From: Raillietiella orientalis
Lineage: Eukaryota
Length of the DNA stretch: 64,000 bases
Assembly (NCBI GenBank): GCA_036172245.1
Contig: JAYWIR010000015.1
Span: 2,604,001-2,668,000 of the forward strand
Direction: 5' to 3'
A program made the position numbers and the translations under genes. Below the pieces are notes generated by a model. The model made no database searches, had not been told where the DNA came from, and was given only the letters and a program-made list of their open reading frames with translations. Below are positions 12,422-25,024 of this stretch, piece after piece (the first letter of the stretch is position 1; each line of letters starts with the position of its first letter).

Positions 12422-14514
12422 TGCAAGCAAACGTCCCTCTACCGCCTTTGAAATTCACGCGCTAGGAAACGCAAGCTTACTTGCGCTCAACACATCACGT
12501 CTAATCTTCTGTACGCAAATAGTCAAATTAAAGTAAATATACACCTTATACACTATGCAAATCAAAGCTTTGTGCTGTTATTCATCATGAAATTTTTGCA
12601 GCGCTTTCAAGAAAAAACAGTATCAAATATGAAATCCAACTCATAAAGTCGGTCAATTGAAAATCCTTTCATCTGAAGAGAACAAAATTTGACTCCCATT
12701 GTGAATCATGGAGAATTCAACAGAATGATTTTCATGAATCCTATTATCATAAATATGATATAAATTCGAGCATTGTATGGGCACTCCTTATGGTGCAAAA
12801 AATCTAAGTTGAAAGCGTAATAATTTGAATTTAGTCTTTGTATAAACAAAAACGATCCCCATATAAAATGGACGCCCAACCTCATTTTCTAGGTGCGGTC
12901 CATTCAATCAAATAGGTATATGTTGAACTTTGCATTATTCCACTGAAAATTTCGTTGTAAAATTACACACCAATTTTTACAACTTTTCTCGTATTCTACT
13001 TTGTGTATTACTTGCACTTTTGAGTTTCACTTGTCTTCGCCAATGGTTATCTGCTAATTCGTGATCTTTTTATTCTGTAATGGATTTAGTTTCCATTCTC
13101 CAAGATTTTCAGTTTCTCACTGTATTGAATATTTGAAAGCCAGTGAATCTGGTATTTTACTTTAAAATTTGTTTTTAATGTTTTTGCTTTGTTTTATTCA
13201 TTTATCATTTATGAAAGATAGCATCTTCTATCTTCAAATCTTGATTTCGAATTGAACATCTGCAAAGGAACATTATGCACAGTAGACACAGAGAACTGAA
13301 AATAAGCGTTATGTGTAGAGCGTCTCTGTATACTTAATTTAAGAAGGTTTATATGAGAATTAATTAAAAATTGTTTTAAATTTTATTTTCTCAGTTTTCA
13401 GAGTTTGTGACTAAAGGAGATCTGTATGACAATATTACCTTTATTTGCTTTATTCTTTGTTTATTTGCTTTATTCAAGTAATTTTTGGACCATCTTAGTA
13501 GTGTTAAGATTGTTTTTATCCGATTCTCGAATAGAATCATCCGTTTCTAATGATTTGCATTACTTTCTATGAATACCATATTTAACTAGGTGCATAAACT
13601 ATGAATTGGTTTGCTATTTAGATTTGAACATTGCTGATAAAATATTGCTTAACATCGGTTATTGGAAATCTACTGATTAATCATGGTGGTTAAGCTATTT
13701 CTAGTATATCCAAAAGTTCTCATTAGAATGATTATCGTACCCTAGCTTTGAGTGTAAACACGAATGTAGTGCTTTAAGAAGGTTGAGATGGGATGCGAAA
13801 ATGCCTCTATTATTCTGATTTTGATTCTCACTGTCTAATATTTATTATGTACACATCTAGAGGAACTAGTAAAGAATGGTTAGATGCAAAAGTATCTACT
13901 TTGTAAGACCTAGATAGCTCTATCTGTTGTATATGTATAGGACAAAGTTAAATTTTATTTATAAGTTTCCGGGGGCAACATCGAGCAATTCAGCGATGCA
14001 AACCGGCATCTAATTAAATATTTCTCTTAAACCTAGCTTCTTGCAAACTTTAGTTCCCTTGCAAATACTTCGCAAAACCTATACAACTCTTCCTAATAAT
14101 AAGCACAGCTTGCTGTAATTCTAAATGAATTTAGCTGTTACAACATTTGCATAAGTTTGTAATTATTATTACATAAACTTTCTACATTGAATGAGTACAT
14201 TGCAGAATCGATGATGGATGCTAAATGGAAATGTAATACTCAAATTTTTCTAGAAATTCCTGCAAAGTTTCATAACTTCTCCATAATTTTGCTTTCTCGT
14301 AAATTCATCAGTTCAGATTTCATCTCTTCCTAGCTTTCAAAAAATAGTGTTGTACTTATAAAGAGTTGACTTAATCATATTTTTAGTTATACATTATGCA
14401 ACTTTGATGATTTTTCGTGATAGGAATATCTGACCATTCTTCATGTGTTTAAAAACATTATGAGGAAGTGCATGCTTTTTCATTCTCTAATTGGGTGAGT
14501 ACGAAACTGAAGGA

Positions 14515-14576
14515 TATAAAGAACTGCATAAACATGGCGGCATGTCAACGGTGTGATACTGTGCTGTGATAAACAG
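14515..14576 (+). promoter_or_regulatory. Candidate CSDE1 promoter-proximal / non-coding first exon (TATA-like, YY1-like AACATGGCGG, donor CAG|GTAAT)
   Basis: TATAAAG at 14515, ATGGCGG at 14534, splice donor at 14577, acceptor actatag at 15427 just before the CSDE1 ATG. Confidence 0.4.
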
Positions 14577-15482
14577 GTAATGTTACATGATGTTGAACTT
14601 CAAATTATTTATGTGTAAGTGAATACGTATTATTGGGTTTTCTCAATGTTTTTTTTTTTTAGCGTATAAACATGTAGAGTATGTTCTCTGGAAAAAACGT
14701 ATTTATCTATTTTTCTAAATCAAAATTGTAAACTCGTATGCATAAGGTCGATTGGTGCATTTCCTGCAGCATTCTTTTAAAGAAAAATGTCAGCTTTAGA
14801 AGGGGATTTCAGTTGCGCCCTGCTTATTTAGTTTACTGGCGTAAACATGTAATTAAATTGTGGAAACCATAATTAAAACGTGTGAATTTTTTTTGTACTA
14901 TTCGCAATTCTGACAAGAGTTGTTGCGATATGGATGATTATAAACAGTTTAGTTCCAAGATCAGTGCTGGTGATCAGTTTGTTGCGAGAGGTGTTAGGTT
15001 AGGACTTGTTACTCATTCTGAAATGAAGTATCCGTTTGAATTATAAACTTTGCAGGAATGAGGAATGCAAAGTAAAATATGGTACTGTTGTATATACTTG
15101 TGATGATTATTATTGTGTGGAAGTATATGAATCATGTTTGATAGAGGCAGAGTTAAATTCTTTATGCACATCTTAATAAATGAAGTTTTTTTTTTTATGT
15201 ATTCTAGAATTTGCACTATAAAAGTACAATAAAAGCTTAAGCTAGCTTCATGTAGCCAGAGTACACACTGAAGACGTCTGAGGATTTGTATCATAATTAG
15301 CATTCCTATTTCTTGAATCCCAGTGGCTGTGTTTGGTGTTCGTTACCAAATATTTTATTTTTTCTATTACTGCAATTAGTTGTGTAGAGCATTAGTGTGA
15401 AACCTGAACTGAGTTCTAATACTATAGGTGCAAACGTAAAGATATTATCCTATGCAAGTATTACATATTGAACTATTGAACA

Positions 15483-18400
15483 ATGTCTTTAAATCCTCAG
15501 TGGAATTCATTCCAGCCGCCCCAAAGGAGTGATAGTGCAATACTCGATTTTAAACTTAGTTCGTTGGCATTGCAGTTACCTAATCAAAATCAGTCATCTG
15601 CTATGGATTTTAATCTAAATACTTTTAATCTTGGTTCTTCACATCATCATTCAAGTTCTAACCCAAATTTTATAAGAGCAAACACATGTAGCAGCAGTGA
15701 TGCAAAAAATTCTTTCAATTATTCTTCAAATCCGTTAATGCTAAATTGCATGGGCACAGCAAATTCGTCCTTGAAATCATTGTTATCCCTAAATGTAAAT
15801 AAATCTGTCAGAAGTTCATTGCCTATTTCTCATCAAAATTTTTCCAAAAATATTCCATTGATTTTGGATGAAAATTCCAGAAATTCCGCATCTTCATGCA
15901 TTAATACTAATAGCAATTCATGCAACACATTGAAACATTCGAATTCAACTGATTATTATTCCATGATTAATAATGTGAGCAAAAATCCTCCTAATGATAT
16001 ATTTACAAATGCTGGAGTCTTTGATGTATCTGATGTTTTAAAAAATGATGCTACCAACATTGGTAATTCAACAGTCCTTAATTTATCCACAAGCAATGCT
16101 TCTCCCAATGGCAATCAAGGAGTTCGTGAAACAGGAATAATTGAAAAGTTATTGGTAATATTTTGAAACAAAATCTCAAGATTCATGTGTTTTAATTTAT
16201 TAGCATTCTTATGGCTTCATACAGTGTTGTGATCGCCAAGCTCGATTATTTTTCCACTTTAGCCAATTCGATGGCAACATAGAACATTTGAAAATTGGTG
16301 ATCCAGTTGAATTCGAAATGACTTATGATCGACGTACAGGCAAACCCATTGCAAGTACAGTATCCAAGATAGCTTCTGAATTTGTTGCCCAACAAGTAAG
16401 CATCTCTGTGATTAATGTTTTTCATAATTTTGGTTGCATTTGATGTGTTTTCTAGGCCTTTAGTGAGGAACGTGTCATTGGAGTGGTTTCCACAGAAATT
16501 CGTAATGAAGGTACTCCTCAAGAAGTTTTGGGGCGTATAAGCTATGAGAACTGTGGAGAGTGCTTTTTTCTTCCCTATGGTAAAAACGATATCGAAGGTC
16601 ATGTTTCTTTAAAGGCAGGAGATAAAGTGAGCTTCCAGATGTATGCTGATGACAGGTAAATATTAGTGAACATTTTCTAGAAATTTCTTTTGGTTCAGAA
16701 CAGGAAATTTGGCAGCTCGTTACATTCGTCTAGAAGACCAACCCATTCGTTATCAAGGGATTATTTGTGCTACCAAGGATGGCTTCGGACTTATAGAAAG
16801 GGGGGATGTTGTGCGAGAAATTCATTTTTCCTTTGATGAAGCTCGAGAATTAGTTCATTTAGGTGATGATGTAGAATTTTCAATTCAAACACGTAATGTA
16901 AGTACTCACCATGTAAAATTGTGTGTTGACAATGTGTACTCCAGGGAAAGGAAATGGCTACAGCTATAATAAAGCTGCCACCTGGAACCGTAATATTTGA
17001 AGATGTTAATCCGGAGGTGGTATGTGGTCAGGTGTTGAAACCTATTGATCCTTCCTGCAATAAACTAAATGATCCATTATCTGGACGTCTGAGGTATCGT
17101 GGCAAAGATAGAAGTGAGGTGGAAATTCCTTTTGGAGAAAAAGACCAACGTAGAAGCTTTACTCTCAGGTACATTTAAGTATGTGGTTTCTATTACTTTA
17201 CAACGCTTTTAGGCATGGTGACTGGGTACAATTCAATGTTGCAACTGATAGAAGAGATGGGATGCAGCGTGCCACACGTATTGCTCTTTTGGATGAATCT
17301 TTCATGGTTTCTGGGGAAAAACGAGAACAAGGAATCATTATATCATTGCAAGATGATTTTGGAATGATTCGGTGTGTGGAACGAGAGAACTCATTATTTT
17401 TTCACACATGTGAATTATTGAATGAAGATGAAGTAACAATAAACATGGAAGTTGAATTCACGGTTATACAGGTACAAGAAAGCAATCTCGAGTTTATGGT
17501 AAATGTATTATAGGATTCTGGAGTCCCCAATTTCCAAAAAGCTATTCGGATCAAATGTCTGCCTCAGAAAAGTGTTCAATTCGAAGTAGTCACACACCAC
17601 AATGTTTGTGGAGAGATTACCCGGGAACCACCTTGTCAGTGGACACAGCGTACTTCTCAAAAAACGCAACACATGATGGGTTCCTCTTCTGATAAGGTTG
17701 TGGCTGAGAATGGCATTATAACTTATGAAAAAGATGGCTCTCTGCAAAATATAATTTTTTCATTGAAGGACTGTGACCTTCGTAGTCCTCCTAAGCTTGG
17801 TGATAAGGTTATCATTTATACTTCATCTTGATTTGTGCTTAGTTTAATATTCAGGTGGAGTTCAATATCAGCCAAATCAAAAGAACTAAAGAGCAAATTG
17901 CAAGAGATGTTCGCATTGCTAGTCGTGCTGGATCTGAACATAAGACAGGACCTCTTAAATGTCAAGGTTACATAGCTGCACTTAAAGATGGATTTGGTTT
18001 TATTGAAACTATTACTCATGATCAAGAAGTGTTCTTCCACTTCAGGTAAATCATTAGTTTGTTGTTTTCCTAAAAGTAATTTTTGGGATAGTAATTTTAA
18101 AGGTGATGCAAGCAAGTTAGAGCTGGGTCAAGAAGTGGAATATACTGTGAATAAAAGCAGCATGCATTCTGGCAAAGTGTCTGTAGATCAAGTGTGCCTT
18201 TTACCTCAGGGTACTTTACCAGTTTGTGAGGTTAAACCTGAACAGTATGATGGTATAATTGTGCGCCCTTTAAGAGCCTTGAATCCAGAACAGAGTGAAT
18301 ATTGCGGATTGATTCAGATGTGCACTGATGGTGAGTTTTCAAATGGTACTTAACGTGGAGGTTTATTATGTACAGGCACTACAAGTGAAGTTGCAACACT

Positions 18401-18964
18401 TTTCCAATTTGGTATTACCAGTCTTGAAAACAAAAGAGAGATTTTTCAGAAGGGTGATCCTGTCCTTTTCAAAATTGAGATAAATGGATATAGAGCTGCC
18501 AATATTTGTGCAGTGAAAAAAAAAATGAGGTCTTCAGTAGGGGCTATTAAAGGCAAGTTATGTGGATCTAAGTAAATTGCTTATCTTCAATACAGGCCAG
18601 TTTGGCTTCCTGACACATGAAGTGGAACCTGGCAAAAAGCTGTTTTTTCATATGTCAGAAGTTAAGGATGGCTACCAACTTCATCATGGTGATCAAGTAG
18701 AATTTGTACTGGTGCAGAATTCACGTTCTGGCAAATATTCAGCCTGTAATGTAATCAAGTTAAAGTAAGTAATATATTACTTCGGACTGTTACATCTCTG
18801 ATCTGTAAAGTGAGGACCAGCGACCAGAACGGCTTATTTGTAAACTTCGATCACCTAGTTCAGGAGAAAGTGGCCCTAAAGTAAGCATTTTGCGACAACC
18901 AAAAGGACCTGATGGTACTCCTGGTTTCAAAATGCAACGTGAATTAAAACATCTACCTGGCTAA
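15483..18964 (+). CDS. CSDE1: Cold shock domain-containing protein E1 (Unr), multi-exon
   Basis: RETGIIEKLL|HSYGFIQCCDRQARLFFHFSQF (CSD1), further CSDs (KDGFGLIER, DDFGMIRC, KDGFGFIET..EVFFHF, KGQFGFL..KLFFHMSEV) and C-terminal SUZ-C motif LRQPKGPDGTPGF. Short introns; TAA at 18962-18964. Confidence 0.97.
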
Positions 18965-19647
18965 GAAAGAACCAAGAAACTAGGCTGCAATCACTAATTT
19001 TCTACCCTACTGTCTTGGGTGTGTCATGTTTTCAAAACACAGTTGACTACTTGCCCATTCCAGATGGATGGTCATATTTTGTTTCATTATTTCTAACATT
19101 TTCAAGCTCATCGGAACTATTAGTTTTTTTTGCTGCCATGCTATTCCCCAGTATCTTCTATATAATTGACCCATGTAGCAATGCGCCAACAATCATTGTG
19201 ATATTACTAGTTGACTTGTTACTTGGATAGAATAAGTTCTTGCTAAACTTTCTTTTATTCTTAGCCAAAGATCTTTGCAAGCATATGGTTTTTGCTCTTC
19301 TTCAAAGAAATTTTTGTTTCACTAGTGCTGTGCAAATTTCTATTAATTAACAAAGCATAAAAAAAAGAAAAAATGTGTATTGGAAAATAAGAAAAAAATT
19401 GTAAAACCAAAAAAGATGTTAAAAAAAATGTAAAACATGCAAATACCAAAAATATCAAATGAGCAGATTCTTATTATTTCCTGTGGTTCTGGATTACCAA
19501 AAGAAAATAAATTAAATGCACTTAAGTGATTCATTCTCCAGGGGTTAGCTGAATTAGTCAGCGCCAAAAGAGAAGAACCCCTTAAATGAAGCAAGAATCT
19601 TGCAAATTACAAACTTTGTTTTTAGAAGTTTACATATTACTGTAAGC

Positions 19648-20335
19648 ATGCTACCTTGGACTCCTATTGCATTTTGTGCTGTTCCCAACGTTGGAGGTCA
19701 CTTGAGTGGCTTAATCTATTATAAAAATGCATCGTATTATGAGGTAAGGCATTGTGTGCATTGTCTGTTTGAATAGATCTGAAAACATAGCAGATAGCGT
19801 TTTATTGAAATAAAGGTATCTGTGTAATGCATAAATATTTTAATAGCAACTTAAGAAACCAGAGTGGACACCACCAGGTTGGCTATTTCCTGTAGTTTGG
19901 ACAGGACTGTATACTGGAATGGGATATGCATCATATCTTGTATGGAGAGATGGACATGGTTTTTATGGTACTAATTATGTTCTTACTGTATTCATTAATT
20001 GCTATTCAGGTCGATCACAATTGCCTCTTGCAGTGTATGGCACTCATCTGCTTCTCAATTGGACTTTCATCCCAATTTTCTGTGGGCTTAAAAAATTAAA
20101 CTTGGTAGGATCACATTTTCTTTTAATATGTACAAGAATGAATTATTAGGCATTTGGTGATGGTATTCTGCTGTGGACCAGCATTGCTGCTTGTACTATA
20201 TCTTTTGGTAGCATTAATAAGACTGCTGCATATATTATGATCCCTTATTTGGCTTGGACTAGCTTTGCTGTAACATTGTGCTACTGGATTTGGAAAGCAA
20301 ATCCCAAATCAGCACTTGATGAGAAAGAACAATAG
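19648..20335 (+). CDS. TSPO: Translocator protein (TspO/MBR family), 4 exons
   Basis: LKKPEWTPPGWLFPVVWTGLYTGMGYASYLVW, LLNWTFIPIF, IPYLAWTSFA, and CRAC-like LCYWIWK. Confidence 0.96.
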
Positions 20336-20360
20336 AAGCTTGTAAACTTTGCATAGTTAT

Positions 20361-21217
20361 TCAGCACAGATGATGCATTTGATGCAAGCATATGCTATTT
20401 TCATGCTTTAAAAAATCCACTTGGATAATACTGTTGTCTATGCTAATTATTCTAGATTTAGAATCAGTAAACTCTTGGCACCACCAAATATTGTCTGTCC
20501 AGTGGAGAAAGTAATTAGTAAATGACTTTCTCTCTAAAGGAACATTTAACAGTAAACTTAGAGCTGAATTTGCTTCCAAAGTATAATAAATGCGTAGAGG
20601 TTGCTTCCCTGAATGCTGCCTATACATACATAGATCTTCACTGAGAGATAATAATTTGGCCAGCATATGATCATTGTACTTGTTTGATGGATGAAGAAGT
20701 ACTTCAATGTCTTCAAAAAAGATGTATGCTGTTGATGTGTGAAAGCAATTAAATTCTGCTAGGAACTTTACACACTCCTGAAATACCTGAGGATAGCTGA
20801 AATATGAGTGATGCACAACACATTAGCAACATACTAAAAGTTTAATGACTTCAGTGCCCTTGAATTTGGTGCAGGAGATCCATGAACAGGAGTAGGTAAA
20901 CTTTCAAATGGCTTGCTCACGAAATAAGACACTGGACATCCCAAACTTCCAGCACATACTGCAAGCTGAAAGTTTCTATAGCATAAAACTGAGTTCTCAA
21001 GGAAAATGAACGAATTGATTTATGCTCAGCATGATTCACCATTAAATACCGTAGCATAAATAAACTGGTTCAAAGAAATCGAAACCAACCCATTATCGAA
21101 AAAATAACAACCCTTTAAATTTTTTAACACCTGCCAATCCAAGCTTACTTGAAATGCAAACACACGGCGAATTTCGTGATCGTTGGAAATCAAGACACAT
21201 ATGTTTGTCCTACGCAT
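20361..21217 (-). CDS. SWSAP1: SWSAP1-like protein (RecA-fold RAD51-paralog family, Shu complex); exons 21217-21149, 20965-20835, 20796-20361
   Basis: Spliced product MRRTNICVLISNDHEIRRVFAFQ|LAVCAGSLGCPVSYFVSKPFESLPTPVHGSPAPNSRALKSLNFY|YPQVFQECVKFLAEF...YIFFEDIEVLL...MLAKLLSL parallels the SWSAP1 layout (LF.AAL..VLF...PLQ.MP...L.KIRFQYP...L...LLLLDGLE). Start may be the upstream in-frame ATG at 21280. Confidence 0.72.
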
Positions 21218-23559
21218 TTTCGAAGTTATTCCTAATATTCGTTCCGAAATATCTGGGCAAAACTGAAACAAAATATCCATCTTCCTCGCATATCGGAAAA
21301 GTTCCGGTATGCCTCCAAAGCACAGCAACCTCCACGTGATGGTGGTGGAGTTTGTTTTCCAGTGTTGCAATACCACATTTTTCGAAGTTCATAATCAAAT
21401 GTACATTTAGTACATTGCAGATCTGAATGTCAAATATGCACACTCAGAAAAGCAAACGTCCCAGTTTTAAGATGGTATTAATACAATAAATTGATGTCCT
21501 ATGAGCTGTTAATCGAAGTATTTGATTATAACGACGAAATCAATTGTTCTCTAGAAAGATAAGAACACTGATCTTGATCAAGTTTGCAGTAATTCGCACG
21601 AACATGTAACAAATTTTCCTTGGATTAAATTCAATTATGGCGCATGCAATATCCAAATAATAACCTATAATTCAAACTTTCATTTAAAATGTTCAAATTC
21701 TCTATATAAAAAAAACCTGGAAAATGAACACTTGCAGTTGCAGAGATATTCCGATTTCATAAGCATCATATTTAACCAAATTGAAAATAATATTTATGGA
21801 TGATTTTAAAACCAAATGGTTGTCCGTTTAACATTTTATTTAGAATCCTTCAAAAACAATGTCTACTTGAAGGTACAAAACTACTGAATTTAGGATACAA
21901 ATTTCGGTCCAATAAATCCAATACGAAATTTTTCTTCGAAACAAGCACGAAATTTTTCTTCGAAAATTTGTAATAAACTGGTGCGATTCCTACAAAATAA
22001 ATCAACAAAATGGAAGAAACAAATCCCTATCCTTGCAATGACGAAAATCCTTCTTTATGGAACCGGATACAGAGATTAAACAAGGTATTGTCGACTGTAC
22101 TATACTCTATAAAAAAAAAAACAATAGGATTTTTTATTCCAAGTTAATATCTTACCATGTCAGTTTAAGAAATCAGTAACATCTCCCTTATAATGTCACA
22201 TATTTCATATAAAAATTTTTTAAGATGGACTTCCTAGGAGACGAATAGACATCAAAATCGATCTCACTTCAACTATTCAAAGATTCTTTCTATTTTCATC
22301 GTCAATAAGAAATTTTTTTTCCTAACTGTTATCATTATTTTACAATAACTTCTGACTTCTGAGCTCCTGATACGTTTGAATATATTTTCTACGGGGGCCA
22401 AAGATTGCCCATTAAGAGACTTTGGAATGCATCTATTATTTTCTAATCGTTACAATCCTTATAGAATTCCTCACCGATGCTTTGCAATCTAATCACAATT
22501 GCTTATAATTCATGCCAATGCAAGCATCGACATTATATCAAAGGAACTGCTTCGTTTGAATATACTATAAAAGAGCGCGAGGAAAACATGCCCTTACTAG
22601 TCAAATGCATATAGATACATGAACTTAGATTTCATTCAATAAAATGAAAGAACGATTTTAAGGAAATGGTAAGCCTTTTTTATTTCAAGTGACCCGAAAT
22701 CCTGAGTCTAAAATTTACAGATACTGTTATCTTTTATTTGCAAAAATCAATAAAAAAAACTAGAGGTCATGTTTCATCAAAAGCCATACGTTCGCCTGCA
22801 AACAAAGAGCACAATTTTAACAATACATGTTGAATTGGTAGGTCAATATGACTATCAGGAAATACATCTAAGTCAGGCGATTAGCCAGGCTCTCAGGAAA
22901 AAGCAAGCTTTCACATCTATAGTTGCCTATTTCACATCGTTTGAATATTGTATATAAGAATCCTTTGATTGAAAATCATGAAAATTCAATCCTTAAGAGG
23001 AAAAAATGCACACTTAGGAGAGCTATAAACAGATTTAGAATTTCAACCAATTCTCAAGTAAAGAGTTTAGAAATCCATGACGGTTAAACAGAAATCATTT
23101 CATTAAATTAATGCCAATATCTAGAAATATTTCTTGCATTTCTCGATACGCAATATCAACAAAATAAACGGAAGAGAACACATAAAGATGGAAAACGTTC
23201 AAAGAGGATGAAATTCTTTTGTCGCATCAAAGAAACAGCGAGAGTAGGAAACAAAGAAATGATGCAGCAACTAACCAATGTAGAATAAATTTCTGAAAGC
23301 TCACCTCACAGAATTTGTGATAGAAATTCCTTCTTTATTCTATCTAACTTGCGGGTTGATTGTCAAAAGGATCGTATATATTGCATATATCACCTTAATG
23401 AAACAATACTATAATTATTAAATATTCATTAGTAGTGATGCAGAGAAATAGCGACTTATTTATGTTACACAAAAGCTGTAATCATATGTAACTCCTGTTA
23501 ACTAAGATTGGCTTAATATATATGAAGGTCTAAGAAATGTCCATTTGGGATAACTTCTA

Positions 23560-24250
23560 TAATTCTTTTGATTTGAAACGTAACATTCACGGGGAAAGAG
23601 AATTAAGAAACATTAGTCATATGTTCATTAATCATTAAGTTGATGGTTGGTTGAGGGACTCCGCATAAGCGGAGTTTCATCTGTAGTTTTCTTCGTAAAA
23701 GTAGAGACTATTGTTTCCTCAGAACCAAAACAGCTTTTCATGAATATTGAAAATCCAATTGGTAATTAAGAATTTAAAACAGACTTAAACATCACATATT
23801 CATTACATTTCCGAATGGCTTTGGATGAAATATATTATAGATGAACTTATAACATTTAACTTGATGACATTAACAACTTTTTACGATAGGAGCGTCTGTT
23901 GTTGACGTTCAGGCTTCCTTTATGTTTAGCGTATTTGATAAGTGCACCCTATTAGGAACTCATATCCATACTCCCTTCGTTTCCTATTTCCCTCATAGCA
24001 GTTTCTTAAATAGTCACAAGCTTCAAATACCCTATAAAATGGTTGGTCTTGAACCCATTTGTTGCGGAGATTTAGATTTCAATATATTCTCTATGACTTA
24101 GTACTTATTCCTTTTTCATTTGTCAATTTGTTTCCTAATGAGGAGAATAAAAGCTTTTTGCACTATACTAGTGTTTTTACTGTATTACCTTTCATACAAG
24201 TATAATGAGCGTATGGTTTTTTGGCCATCTCTATCAATTTTTGTAGACAT
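23560..24250 (-). mobile_element. Highly decayed non-LTR (LINE) reverse-transcriptase remnant
   Basis: Minus-strand motifs in RT order: NGFKTNH (~24050), KPFGNV/SKA (~23820), CGVPQPTI (~23655). Many stops. Confidence 0.35.
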
Positions 24251-25024
24251 ATACTATTAATTTCAAAACAGTTCTTTTAATGTTCTCAATGATTTTGTGA
24301 AAAAAATGAGTCGTTTAAAATTAGCACTAGAAATTAAACACAAGCTGAATCATGAAAACCTGGTTATTGTAAGAATTTGTCATTTGGATTAGTGAATCAT
24401 TACAGAGAGTTTTCTTGTTCTTTGGTTATAATGACATCTGCGATGTGTATAAAAGCAACAAATCTTCTTGAACTGTTCCTTAATAGTTTTCTTTGATATA
24501 GAAATGAGCTTCCGTGAATTTCATCAGTGTAATGATGATGAAAAAATTTTTCTGCCATACATTTAAAATAAGAGCAGTAAAATGGATTTTTCTTCTGTAA
24601 ATTTTGTCTTCTTTAAAATATCAAAGCATACACTGTGATTATGTTTCCAAAAATTTCAATGCTTAACAGTGATGCTCTGAAATGAGGTTGGTACTCCCCA
24701 ACGTACCCGCTCATCGCAGTGCCGATTTGAAAAACTATTTGTGTTATTTTAATGAGAGAATTATATTCTCTGTTACGTCAGTAATAGAGGAGTCCAATCT
24801 CATTACGTTGTTTATTACTGCTGGAATAGCGGAATCCAATATAAGCTGAAATTCATTATGGGGATTGTGCTTGTAATGTGTTTTTTATGTGGATATCGCA
24901 GCTTCCATAGTATGAATTTGTGCTTCCTGATGTGATTTTTTGGTTTTAGATAATTTAGGCGAATTGAACAATATATGTAATTTAAGATTGTAATAGGTCG
25001 GAAGTCAATAGCGAAATTGAAAAG

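Noticed and set aside
22010..22084. Exon-like MEETNPYPCNDENPSLWNRIQRLNK followed by GTATTG
   Set aside because: No in-frame downstream exon or recognisable homology.
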